NCBI GenBank assembly: GCA_964016885.1 | Contig: OZ024743.1 | Location: 287,122,001 to 287,186,000, forward strand | DNA from: Eledone cirrhosa | Taxonomy: Eukaryota | Direction: 5' to 3' | DNA length: 64,000 bases | Shown: piece by piece, positions 1 to 13,100 of the stretch | How the letters are laid out: every line of letters starts with the position of its first letter | Numbering within the stretch: position 1 is the stretch's first letter | Program-made: the position numbers and the translations under genes | Notes under the pieces: model-generated | What the model was told of the DNA's origin: nothing | The model's input: the letters and a program-made list of their open reading frames with translations, nothing else | Database searches by the model: none

Positions 1-390
1 AAGAGTGTTAGTACTAGCCAGCAGAAAAGTGTGTAGCTATTTTTATACACACATCAGACTCTATAGTCTTTAAAAAGAGAAGAACATATTAGATAATGAA
101 GTTTTAGATACACTATGTCTGATAAAAAAAGACAGAATTTTCACATATATCAGCTGGGTAAGGGTTAACCTGGAGCTAATCAGAAGCAGCAACAACTAAC
201 GGCTAACTTAACCTGTTACCTATTTTAACACCACCACCTGAACCTTGGATGCCTTCAGTGGGACTCAAGTTTGAGGATACCTATCTCACTCCTCAACAGT
301 CTCAGAGACTGTGAAAGGGGTAATAGACATAGCCCTTATCTCCCTGACAAAACAGTTAAGACACGTGTCTGTGGAAGAGGTACTATAACA

Positions 391-598
391 ATGCCTAAAA
401 ATTGTAGTGTTCAAGGTTGTTCCAACCACCATATGATGAAAGATAAAAAGTTATCGTTTTATTGTTTGCCCAACATCCTAAAGAAAGCAGAGCGACGAAG
501 TCTTTGGGTGAGTGCATGTCAGCGCGTCAATTCAGATGGAACTCAGTGGATTCCCATCTCTAAATACGTCTATATCTGTAGTGAACATTTTGTAACTG
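391..598 (+). CDS. THAP-domain (C2CH zinc finger) protein, coding exon 1
   Basis: ATG at 391 with A at -3. MPKNCSVQGC...F..LP...RR.LW...C.R...W.P....ICSEHF is the THAP signature. Donor G|GTAAGT at 598/599, phase 1. Confidence 0.88.
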
Positions 599-1803
599 GT
601 AAGTACACTCATATAAAGATACATTATATGCTCACACACAAACATATATATATACATGCATAGATACATACATACACCATGTTACGCTCAACCGGGGCTG
701 GTTTTGGCTTGGTTTCTACAGCTGGATGCCCTTCCTAACGCCAACCACATTTACAGTGTGTGTTAGGTGCTTTTTGTCATGTCACCTACACGACCACTTT
801 ACAGCATGGACTGGGCACTTTTGTCATAGCTCCAGTGGGGCCACTTCATGGTGTGGGACGGGAACTAGGGAGGGTGTTGGAAGAAGCTTGGGGAAATTGA
901 GGACGTAGATAATAGGGGAGGGATGGTTATAGCAAAGGGAGGTGTATGGAAGATGGTAGAGGAAGGTGTTGCCTATTAGATGTATGTCTCAGCTCAAGCA
1001 TATCATGTATATATACATGTATTTGTATGTGGAAAAAATAAAGACGAAAATGCACACAAAAAATATATATAATATACAGTTTATTATATTAAACAACAAA
1101 TACAAAAGATGGCTGATTGAACACATGCTTTTTCTCAAAAAGAATTATTTTCCATTTCTTCTTAATAATAATAAGGAAAATTATTGTGTACAGTGCTCAG
1201 GTGCACTACAACTCATCAAAAGTGCATACATACAATAATGTACAAATGTCAGGAAAATGAGCAGTGTATGTGTCATGACATCCATACAGATACATGTACG
1301 TGTGTGTATGGAGGGAGAATATCAGGTGTAGTGTTGGCGAATTTCGAGAAGCATGGAATTTTTTAAGGATGCAGTGTCCCAAGAGCTAACAACTGATGCA
1401 CATAGTTTGTTCCATGCTTCAGCAACTTAGAGCAGAACTAATGTCAAAAACCATAAGACTCTTTTTCTGCTATATCAAGTGTTAAACTAATATATATCTT
1501 CATTGTTTTGTTGTGTTGTTTTCCATTGACTTTTCACATAAATACAACCTATCTATAATCTACAGTTTTTTAAATTACCATTTAACATCAATAGTTTATC
1601 AACTCGGCCATGTTTTGCTTTTAACTAATCATAGTCTTAACTGTAAATTAAAGTCATCTAATATTTGGTTTTATCAAAGAACCTTATGATAGAATGCTAG
1701 TGTTTAGGTAGTAAATTTTTTTTAAATGTAAGAATCCTAGCAGTAGTTACATGGCTTGGTATGTAAGGTTTTGGCAGAGTATTTATTATACCTAAATATT
1801 TAA

Positions 1804-2004
1804 CCCTTTAGCATTTAAACCGACCATATCCGGCCAGAATTTTCTCACCTCTTTCTGTTTAAACCAGTTGCTCATACTGGTGTTAAGGTATTGTTCTCAA
1901 AATAAATAATATCAAAATCTCATAGATTCAATACTATGTGAGATAATTATGTTAGGTAAAGCCTTTACCATGAAAATATATAGAGTAGATTAAATGCTAA
2001 AGGG
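1804..2004. mobile_element. piggyBac-type MITE, copy 1
   Basis: TIRs CCCTTTAGCATTTA / TAAATGCTAAAGGG flanked by TTAA on both sides. Confidence 0.85.
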
Positions 2005-2089
2005 TTAAGCATGGATTATATTTGTTAAGTAGAAAGTTTTTGTTGTTTATTTGTAGTTATTTAGTAATGTTATCTGCAAATTGATAAAT

Positions 2090-3430
2090 TGGAAACATTT
2101 TTATGCTAGGGAAAATTTCTTTAGGCACATCTCTCAGTATGGTCACTTAGTGGAATCCTTCTTGTATTTATATCTCAGATTTATTGTTGGTAAATGATCA
2201 TCCGTTCCCATGAATTAAGTATACACTAACAACATTGCACAAAACAATAATTAGATTTTGATTTACGCTTTCTGATAAATGGTTGAGCATATTTTGGTTA
2301 TCACAAATATACCTTGGTATATATTTTAGAAAAGGTTTTAACAGAATATCCAAGAAATTGCTTAACCCTTTAGCATTTATACCAGCCATATCTGGCCAGA
2401 ATTCTCTCACCTCTTCTGTTCAAATTGGCTGTAACCAGCTGCTCATATTTATGTTAAGGTATTGTTCTCAAAATAAATAGTATAAAAATCTCATAGATTC
2501 GATATTATGTGAGGTAAAGCCTTTACTGTGAAAATATAATAGTAAAAATAGAATAATGTAAATGCTAAAGGGATAATCTATGCATTGTGAAGGTATTGAG
2601 ATTGTTGTCATGCTTTGTTTATGTGTTTACGTTTTATGGACCTTTGGTAAGCCACAAAAATTACTAGATAAAATTGTAGGAATCTTGAATGTGGAAATAG
2701 CTGTAAAACAGCCAGTGGCTACGATGATCATAGCAAAGTGTCAGGTTAAATAAAACCTCTTAATGAACAGAAGAATAAAGAGAGTGAAAAAATTAGGATG
2801 GAGAAAGGAATAGAGCATATATCATTAAGAGGTTTTATTTAACCCGACTCTTTGTTATGATCATCATAGAAGCTGGCTGTTTTACAGCTATTTCTGCGTT
2901 TGAGATTCTTATAATTGTACTAAATATTTACACACTCAACACTCCAAATCATTTCATATCATGTTTACACTAGTTTTATATTTGAAGTTCATTATATAAT
3001 ATAATCCACTTCTTTAGCTATCAAGCATCTTTGATACAGATTTAATAATGTACTAAGTTTTTGCACTATTTTGTAATTTTTATATAGGTTTGTCTTTTTG
3101 TAAAAGGTATAATCTTCTAGCATGCTTTTCATGAGATGTGTAGAGTGAAAGTTATCCTTAATGACAACTACTTTGTCAGTTTTCTTAATTATAATGTCAG
3201 TGACTTGTGGTTCTTTGAGATTTGTCCACTCTAGTCTTGAGAAATTTGATTTTATAATCCTCTTTTCTACAGTATCGATTTGAAAAATAGGTAAGTAATT
3301 ACAAAAATTACCTATGATATGTATATCATTATCATTATTTTCAGCCATTATCTGCCTATGACAAGTGAGTATCCTAAGTGAGTACCAATTGTTCCTAACC
3401 TGTGCAGCTTTCATCCATAGGCTTATCAAT
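2090..3430 (-). pseudogene. Decayed Penelope-like RT fragments, interrupted by a MITE and an inverted repeat
   Basis: NFSRLEWTNLKE...DIIIKKTDK.VV...MLED..FY and LSNFLDILLKPFLKYIPRYICD...NVVSVY resemble PLE N-terminal and RT motifs (IIIK.ADKG; LS.FLD..L.P; DV.SLY). Confidence 0.6.
2366..2572. mobile_element. piggyBac-type MITE, copy 2
   Basis: Same TIRs and internal sequence as 1804-2004; TTAA left, ATAA right. Confidence 0.8.
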
Positions 3431-5149
3431 CTCATCTCCTCATATGTCTTTGTCATCATCATCATTGTTTAACGTCTATTTTCCATATTAGCATGGGTTA
3501 GACAAGTTGTCCCATTTGAGGCAGGTCAGGTGACTATCTTGCTTATACAGAACTGTTTCTATGACTGGATGCTCTTCCAAACGCCAACTACATTTACAGT
3601 GTGGGCTGAATGCTTTTTGTCATGACACCCACATAACCACTTTACAGTGTGGACTGGGTGCTTTTTATTGTGACACCGTAACAACTACTTTATAGTGTGG
3701 GTTGGGTATTTATTGTTGTGATACCAACATGACCATGTTACAGTATGGGATGGGTGCTTTTTATTGTAGACCTGTAACAATCACTTTACAGACATTTAGG
3801 GACAAGGCCAATAATTTATGAGTTGATCGCAGGAAATTATTTCTTCAGCAATATCCCGCAAATCGCAACAGTCTTTCAGCAATACATCACATAGAATCAC
3901 ATTATGCATGTATATGATAGTGCACATACTTAAATATGGAATGTTATGCGATGGGGCCCCTCCACAGCCCCGGTGGACAGGATGGAGAAGGTGTTCCCCC
4001 AGAGGACAGCAAGGGAGATGCACTGGAAAAGCCACTCCAACTCGCGGAGTTCACACCTGCGGATGGCCAGCACAGCGCCTATGGTGGTGAGCAGTGTGGA
4101 CAAGCTGCTTTTTGTTGTGATACCAACATGACCCCTTTATAGTGTGGACTATGGAGAATGTAAATACATGGGTGAATGGTGGGGTTTTAGAATGTTGGTG
4201 GAGTGTTAGGGCATGGGAGGTTATATGGAAGGGGTGAGAGAGGATAGGTGTTAAGTGGTGCATACTAGTGTGCATGAATGTATATAAGTACGTATGTGTG
4301 TATGGATCGATGTGTGTGTGTGTAAGAAGGAATACATATAGCAATAAGCTACATTTTGCTTCATTTCTGTCTAGGACTACATTAGTTCAATATGTCCTTT
4401 TTTAAGACTGCAAGTGTTACTTGAGGGAAATTTTGCTGTTATTTCTGGCCTATTATTTCTGCTGCTTTGTTTACTTGTACAATAGTAGTTGTGACAACAT
4501 GGATCAAATTATGATAATTATAGAAAGTATTTTAGTAATGTTTGGTGTAAGACAGACTCGGGCTGGACAGAATGCTACTACCTTGTATTAGTAGCACTAA
4601 GATAGTATTGTGTATAATAGGGGTGTATATGAAAACATATATGATATGTTTATGTACAATAAACACAAGAGTGTTGTGTGTTTATTGTACATAAATATAT
4701 CATATACAGCCAAGTTCACACTCTATACAAACTCCAGAAAATGTTGAAAATGTAAAATCTATATAAGCTCTAGCCTATTTTCAACCCAGTACCAGTTCAG
4801 TGAATGTCACTGACAGATTAACAAATCTTGAAACAACTCTCTGGCATTCTCAACAGTTACTGAGATATATGTGATATGTCCACGGAACAAAAGAGGAAAA
4901 TAATTTTTTCATAATGAAAAAAAATATTTTTCTTTGATTACAAAGGTCACATGTGTTTATTGCACATAAACATATTGTATATGTTTTCATATATACCTCT
5001 ATTAAGATCTGAAGCCCACAGCTCACCTGTTGCCAACTCCTACTCTACATCAATTTCTATTCCAGACTGAATGGAATAACAACAGAACTCCAAAACTTAT
5101 GAAAATGAGGGACAGGGTGGGAGCATAAAAGGATATCAAAAGAAATTTA

Positions 5150-5745
5150 GTTAAATGTAAGTATAACAATATAGGAAGTGTTAGCAGATAAATTGAAATA
5201 GCTAACAAATCTAGCCAAAAGTAAAGTGTTAGACCAAGGGTCTTAAACACACAGCCTACAAACTACTTTTCTATGGCCTGCAGCAGAACACTTTTTATGA
5301 TTAATATCCTAAAACTTAGTAATTTGGAAAATTTGTCCTCTACATTTTATACTAATTCACATATCCCACTTACTACCATATGTGTATTCATTTTGATGAA
5401 AAATAAATAAACAAATAGCAGTCTATCAGCTGTATTGCAGATTAGCATTATAACTGATGGAAATCATGCCCTGCCCCTCTCCCTTTTGGCCTGTTGTGCC
5501 TCACCCCCAGGACATAATGGTCCTTGAGTTTGAGACCTCTGTATTAGACAGTATGAAAAGTGTAGCAGAAATAGCTAACAAGTCTAGCCATGCATTAGCA
5601 GATAAACTGAAATAGCTAAGAAGTCTAGCCAAATATAAGGTATTAACAGTATAGGAAGTATTAACAGATGAACTGAAATAACTAACAAGTCTAGCCATAT
5701 GTAAAGTATTAGACAGCATGAAAAGTATAGCAGAAATAGTTATCA
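5150..5745. repeat. Degenerate repeats of an AAATAGCTAACAAGTCTAGCC-containing unit
   Basis: Motif recurs at ~5197, 5569, 5609, 5677 and partially 5733. Confidence 0.65.
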
Positions 5746-6951
5746 ACAACAGCTTCCTTTATGAACATGAGGTGCTCTGATGATTTTTTTCATATTACTC
5801 AATAAATCATGTCATCTAGGTGAGATAATTGGTGCTTTAATGAGTTAGTGTTAAAATTATCATTTTACATCCATTTGTTTTCATGCTTTTGCAGGTTGGA
5901 CAAAGTCTTTAGATTATCCTAGTTTCATGGGCATTAAATAACTGAGAATAGAACTCCATGTTCCCCTGGGTATTTAACACCTTAGGCTAACTTTACAATG
6001 AACATTCTTTCTCCCAGTTGTGCATCCCAGTCTCCCAAATAAAATAATTTCAACTAACTGTTTAACAAGCTGTCAGACATAGTTTTTGACATTTCTTGTT
6101 CTGGCAACACTAAGAAAATTACTAAGTCTGCATTTTCTACTACACAGTCCACACTTGCCCAGGCCAAATCATGTTAACGGCCATAACACCATACAACCCT
6201 CTCCACCACTTTGCAGGCACCACAATGCAAGCAAAAATATTTCATGAAATATTTGCACACTTGGCAGCTGCCTAGTTTGCCTTAATGGTAACACTGGACA
6301 TGACCAGTCTGAGGATTGAATCCATGACTTTATGATCATGATGCCTACACCCTAACCCCTAGGCCATATACATTCTAGGACTTTAATTTCAGGCAATAAT
6401 AGCATGAAAGAAATTTAGATAGCTGTTATTATTGTTGAGAACAAACATTTCCTCTTTTCGTACAAAAGGCAGTCCTGTATGATATAAAGGAAAAAGTGTG
6501 ATGTAAGAGAAATAGAAATGTTTAAATACAGACACATCAAGGAGAAGTAAGTGTAATAATTATATGCTTATAACAACATATATTGAAGGAGTAATAACGT
6601 AGTATAGATATGTAATAGAATAACTGGATGTATCTTCCCCTATGCACAGGTTGAAGCAGGCATTCAGTATGCCCCACTTTACACTACCTTCCCCACCCAC
6701 GTCGTGTAGCTGTCAAGACAAAAAGCATCCAGTACACACTGTAAATATGGTTGGCGTTAGGAAGGGTATCCAGCTGTTGAAACCAAGCCAAAATCAGTTC
6801 TGTATTAGCAAGACACAGTCATTTGATTTGGCTTGCCTCACAATGGGACAACTTGCCTAATCCACACTAGTGTGGAAAAATGGATGTTAAATGGTGATGA
6901 TGATGATGATGATGATATATATATATATATACACAGTTATTCTATTACATA

Positions 6952-7253
6952 TCTATACTATCTATGTATCTAAAACAGAGAATGTCTGTCTGTCTGTCCG
7001 ATCACTAAAACTCGAGAACCACGCAACCGACTGTTTTCAAACTTTACTCATGTAATACTTATGGTCCTGTGAGTGTTTTGAGCAAAAGAAAATTCAAAGT
7101 TTCAATACCCTACAGGCCGCATTAGGCAATTTAGCGATCTCTCTCAATAATTCTTAGTCTTTCTCTTTTTAGATAGATACATAGATATAATGTTGCGCCC
7201 TTATAATATCTGTCTGTATGTCTGCTGTCTGCATAACGACATTATGACGTAGC

Positions 7254-7285
<32 letters not shown>

Positions 7286-7558
7286 GTGTGTAACGTTTTT
7301 CGAAATATTTACTTCTGTGTTCACAGATTGATTTTTTAGCTTCAAAAGATCCCGCTAAGGGTGAAATCAGTGATTCTTTGCTTAAACTTTAATCTGTTAT
7401 TTTTATATATATATATAATTATATATTCGTGTACAGATATTTTTGCATACACAATAACAAAATATAAACAAACGTATTTATTGCACGAGGCTCGATAAGG
7501 ATAAATATATATTAAATATATATGAGAACCCTAGAGCAAATCCTGAGCAATCTGCTAG
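6952..7558 (+). mobile_element. Non-autonomous Helitron
   Basis: A|TCTATACTAT start, internal (TCTG)n, decayed subterminal hairpin and TGCTAG|T end; inserted between A and T with no TSD. Confidence 0.65.
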
Positions 7559-7580
7559 TATTATATATATACATATATAT

Positions 7581-8335
7581 CACCATCATCATCATCATCG
7601 TTTTACATCCGTTCTTCCATGCAAGCATGGGTTAGACGGGTTGTCCTGTTGTGAGCAGTGTCCAGTCGGCTGACCTTATCTTGCTCATACAGGAACTGAT
7701 TCTGGCTTCATTTCTACAGCTGGATGCTCTTCCTAACACCAACCTCATTTACAGTGAGTGCTGGGTGCTTTTTTCCATGGCTCCTACATGTCCACTTTAC
7801 AGCATGGGCTGGGTGCTTTTTTGGCATGGCACCTCCATGACCACTTTGCAGTGGGAGGGTGTGAGGGCATATTGTCTATATGCTTCAGCTTCGGCTTGTT
7901 CCTGTGGTGGGAGGGGGGGGGGTCTTCTGTATTACTGCGTGATGCCAGAGGTCACGGTCATGTGTCATTGCACTTGAGAGGTGCAATTGGGCAAGGTCGG
8001 CCTTTATCACCTCATCCCAGATCTTCTTGGGTCTCCCCACTCCGCGGCTTCCATCGACTTCTAGTGCTCTGCACCTTTTTATGCAGCTGTCATCCTTCAT
8101 ACACATCACATGTCCATACCAATGTAACCTCCATCCATTGGAGCATATAAGCTTCGTTTCTTTCTAATCTGCGCAAGTCTCCTACAGACAGTGCCCAGGT
8201 TTCACTTCCATGTAACATTGCTGTTCGTATACACGCATCATACAGTCTGCCTTTCATTTTGAGGGAAAAGCCTTTTGCAGCTAGCAGTGACAGCAGCTCC
8301 CTGAACTTCTTCCATCCCATTCTTACCCTAGTTAT
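7581..8335 (-). mobile_element. 5'-truncated older RTE LINE (ORF end, 3'UTR and (GAT)n tail)
   Basis: GWKKFRELL.LLAAKGFSLKMKGRLYDAC...GRPKK.WDE is homologous to the RTE ORF at 10276-13095; catcatc tail at left. Confidence 0.88.
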
Positions 8336-8555
8336 TGTTTTATATATATATATACAACCTCTTGGTTCTATCGTTACTTTGGTATATATGTGTGTTAGAT
8401 TTTGCCTACCACAATGTTCGATTTGTCAAGCTATTTAAATGTATGTTATTACTCTAAGGACCTACCTTATCGAGTGCTTTGCTAACTCATCATTTCATAT
8501 AAGTAGGCCGAATTTGCTTGCAAACTGCCAGAGATTCGATTTTACTAAATTTTCC

Positions 8556-8632
<77 letters not shown>

Positions 8633-9743
8633 ATAGTAAAGCCTATGTGTTTAAGATGAAATTAATGTCTGTCCCAAGCCCAGCAGCTCATGAGATCAGA
8701 ACTTATCTGGGTTTCATTAGCATTAAGCAACTGAGAGTACAAGAGAACAGGATGTCAACCCATTGCAAGTTTAAATCCCAAGCATTGCTTGTATTAATTT
8801 GTTTTCAGATGAGTATCAGAGGAATTGAATGTAGCATGCAAGAGAGATGATTGTGCTGGCATGGTCAGATCAGGCTTCTGCTTGCTACTGGTACTATGTA
8901 ATGCAGTACAGCCTGCTTCATGGTCTGGTGAGGAAAGTAAGTGGAATCCCAGCAGCACAAAAAACGAGCTGTCAAAAGGTCAGATGAACTCCCCAGAGTC
9001 AGCAACCAAACAGAAAGCTGTGGGAGTCAACCAGAGTAGGGTTGCTCTAGCACAAGTGAGAAAGCCCTGAATTGGATTGGGCATGTGATATGGGAACCTG
9101 TGGAAGAGGGAGACAAGGATGTCATAAAACGAAGTTGTGAAGAATGACCTTAAGAAACAGAAGCACATAAAGATGACATAGGACCAAGCTGACTGATGAT
9201 GTGTGTGTGATAATACAAAAGACCCATTAGCCAGTACAATCACCATGGCATTAAAAGGAAACACTGAGAGATTGGAGGAGACAATGTTTGACAATCAAAT
9301 GAAAGCAATGTAGGGTTTGAGAGGACGTTTCAATATGACCTAACATGAAATAACCTTTCAAGTGCTGGTGTCACAATAAAATGCATCCAGTACAATGTTA
9401 GTGTTGATATCACAATAACATGCATCTAGTCCACTTTGTAAAGTGGTTGTGCTGATGTCATAGAAAATGTACTTAATACATTTTGTAAGGTGGTTTGTGT
9501 TAGGAATGGTATCTAACAATACATACCATGCCAAATATGAAATATAATGAGCAAGATGGATTATGACAAACCATTCTGGTTTCAACCCGTCCAATTCATG
9601 TCAAAGTGGGATGTGGATGTAAAATGATGATGATAATGATGAACTGGAGCATTATAAAGTGAAGGTTTTTCTCAAGGACATGAATCTAACATATATCCAG
9701 CTGGCAAACTTCACTAATTTTGTGTAATATTATTATGGTGGAA

Positions 9744-10126
9744 GGGCGGTGGATTGGCAGTATCGGTAGAGGGTCGGACGCCATGCTTTCCAGCATAGTT
9801 ACGTCCCTTTACAATCTGAGTTCAAATCCCGCCGAGGTTGACTTTGCCTTTCATCCTTACGGGGTCGATAAAATAAAGTACCAGTAATGCACTAGGTAAT
9901 TGCTGGCCTTGTGCCTAAAGTAGAAACAATTATTATGGTGGATTGACAGTATCAGTAGAGGGTCGGACGCCATGCTTTGCAGCATAGTTACGTCCCTTTA
10001 CGATCTGAGTTCAAATCCCGCCGAGGTTAACTTTGCCTTTCATCCTTACGGGGTCGATAAAATAGAGTACCAGTAATACACTGGGATAATTGCTGGCCTT
10101 GTGCCAAAAGTAGAAACAATTATTAT
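9744..10126 (+). mobile_element. Two head-to-tail tRNA-headed SINE copies
   Basis: A-box-like TGGCAGTATCGG, B-box GAGTTCAAATCC, conserved core CTTTGCCTTTCATCCTTACGGGGTCGATAAAATAAAGTACCAG and (ATT)n tail. Confidence 0.88.
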
Positions 10127-10199
10127 AACACTTTAACTGATATAGAGTTCTCTCACCACTTGTTGAATATTATGCTACACATAAACACACAGAGTTCCA

Positions 10200-13100
10200 T
10201 ATTCAAGAGACCAGGTGGAGGGGTGGGTCTGCTAGGTTCATTGAGGGTAAAAAACGATGTTATAAGCTTTTCTGGGTGGGAAACGACGATGGGCTGGGTG
10301 GAGTAGGAATCATGGTAGCAGAAAAGTGGGCAGATAAGATAATAGACGTAAATAGAGTGAACGACAGAATAATTAAAATACGACTTGTCCTCAATAGAAC
10401 TACGGTGACAGTAATATCTGCGTACGCACCCCAATCTGGACTGCCCGGCACTATAAAAGACAGATTCTATGAGACACTGATGCTAACTACCTCCCAAATA
10501 TCCGACAGTGACTATATAATTATCGCAGGCGACCTAAATGGTCACGTTGGACAACATTGTGACGGCTACGACGAAATCCATGGAGGCTATGGGTTCGGTA
10601 CTAGAAATGAGGAAGGCTCCAGAATCCTGGAATTCTGTGATGCAAATAACCTAACTATCTGTAACACTAACTTCAAAAAACGTGACAATCACCTGATCAC
10701 CTATAGATCCGGGGAACACACAAGCCAGGTAGATTATATCCTTACCAGAAGACGTGACAGAGTGTCTGTTGTAAACACTAAATCCCTCCCCCATGAAGAA
10801 TGCACCTCCCAACATAGACTGATAATTAGCGACCTCATAGTCAGGACGAGACGTACTCGACAGCAGAAGAGGACTATCCTCAGGAGAAAAATATGGAAGC
10901 TAAAGGACCCCACAGCCAGGAATAAATTTCAAAGCATATTACTTGATGCTTTCGACAGTAAGGAAGAACATTTAGAGTCGGACAATATAGAGGGAGAGTG
11001 GGAATTTCTGAAAGCAAACCTGCTGTTGGCGACAGACGAAGTCTGTGGCTGGAGCAGGCCTGTAGGCAGGAGGAGAGTAACATGGTGGTGGAACAGTAAG
11101 GTGGAGGGGTCAATTAAGGCCAAAAAGCAGGCTTGGAAAGTATGGCGGGATGGGGGAAGTAGAGAGGACTATCAAGTGGCCAGGAGGGAAGCTAGGAGAC
11201 AAGTGTACTTAGCAAGAAGGGAAGCTGAGGAAAGAAAGTTCAAGCATGTTCTACAACGCGATGACCAAAAACGTGAGGTGTTCAGGATTGCTAGGCAATG
11301 CGTCAAGGAAAACCGTGATATTGTCGGGGAGAAGTGTGTACTAAACGACGATGGCACACTTGCCATCACCGACGCTGATAAGAAGGTAGCTTGGAAGTGT
11401 CACTATGAAAGGCTACTAAATGAGGAGAATAAATGGGAGAAAGACAGTCTCCCCCATATCGAGGCAATCAAGGATATGAAGACGGGTAAGGCGGCTGGGC
11501 CTTCGGAAATAGTTGCTGAGATGCTGAAGGCATCTGGCACGGTGGGACACACCATGGTCACCCGCATAGTTAACCAAGTCGTACAGAATGGGGTTGTTCC
11601 GAAGGACTGGCATAGCAGCATCATCGTTAACTGTTATAAGGGTAAAGGAGACGCCCTAGATAGGAGTAACTATAGAGGCATTAAATTAATCGACCAGGTC
11701 ATGAAGGTCACGGAAAAAGTAATAGCGCAACTAATCAGAGAGAGAATTGACCTAGATGAAATGCAGTTCAGGTTTGTGTCAGGCAAAAGTACCATAGACG
11801 CTCTTTTCATAGTACGACAACTACAGGAGAAGTACCTAGCTAAAGGTAAACCCCTCTACTTAGCTTTTGTCGACTTGGAGAAAGCCTTCGACAGAGTCCC
11901 CCGCTCCATTATCTGGTGGGCTCTTAGAAAACTAGGCGTTGACGAATGGCTTGTGAGGGCTATACAAGCCATGTATAAAGAAACAGTCAGCAAGGTTAGA
12001 ATTAACAACGAATATAGTGAAGAGTTTAGCGTAAAAATTGGCGTCCATCAGGGCTCTGTTCTCAGCCCACTACTATTTATTATTGCCCTTCAGGCTATAA
12101 CAGAGGAGTTCAAGACAGGCTGCCCATGGGAACTCCTATACGCAGACGACCTGACACTCATAGCGGAATCAATGGCCGAGCTAGAGAAGAAATTCCAAAC
12201 ATGGAAGCACGGCCTAGAGTCAAAAGGACTTAAAATTAACCTGGCTAAGACCAAAGTACTAGTTTGTAGGAAAGAAAACAAGGCGGCGGTCCCTTCGGGG
12301 AAATGGTCGTGCTCGGTGTGTAGGAAAGGCGTAGGTAGAAACTCCATTTTATGTCCTAAATGCAAAGTATGGGTGCATAAAAGATGTAGTGGGATCACAG
12401 GTAAGCTAACTAAGAACATAGATTTTACATGTGGCCGGTGCTCTGGTGCAATAAGTAGCAGCAAGTGCCCACAAAATACTAGCTCTTTCAATTGCGCAGA
12501 GGGTTCTATAGAAATAGTGGACAGCTTCCGTTACCTGGGTGACAAAATCAGCAGTGGGGGAAGGTGCTCTGAAAGTACTGTAGCTAGAGTCAGAACTGGT
12601 TGGAAAAAGTTCAGAGAGCTTATACCACTATTAGCTGCTAAAGGGTTCTCACTAAAAATGAAAGGCAGGTTGTACGATGCCTGCATACGAACAGCAATGC
12701 TGCATGGCAGTGAGACCTGGGCATTGTGTGCAGAGGATATACGCAGACTAGAGAGGAACGAAGCTTGCATGCTCCGCTGGATGTGTAACAGTAATATACG
12801 TGAACGGCAAAGCATAAACGAACTAAGGAAAAAATTAGAGATAAGAGGGATCAGATGTTGTTTACTCGAGAGAAGGCTACGTTGGTATGGACACGTGATG
12901 CGCATGAAAGTCGATAGCTGTATAACAAAGTGCAGGGCAATAAAGATAGACGGTAGTCACGGAATAGGCAGACCTAGAAAAACCTGGGACGAGCTGATAA
13001 ACTCCGACATCACACACTTACACCTCTCCAAGACAATGTCACTGGACCGAGACCTTTGGCGGTACTCAGTAACAGAGAAGACCCGCCTTACCTAAATATA

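Noticed and set aside
271-390. N-terminal extension of the THAP ORF from TTG 271
   Set aside because: Non-ATG start; THAP domains normally begin at the initiator Met, matching ATG 391.
8355-8558. TA-flanked module with a CCTAC/GTAGG stem as a decayed hammerhead
   Set aside because: Both core boxes deviate (CTAAGGA, CGAAT) and no stem I was found.
9744-9835. tRNA gene
   Set aside because: A and B boxes belong to a SINE head; no cloverleaf, and it continues into the SINE core.
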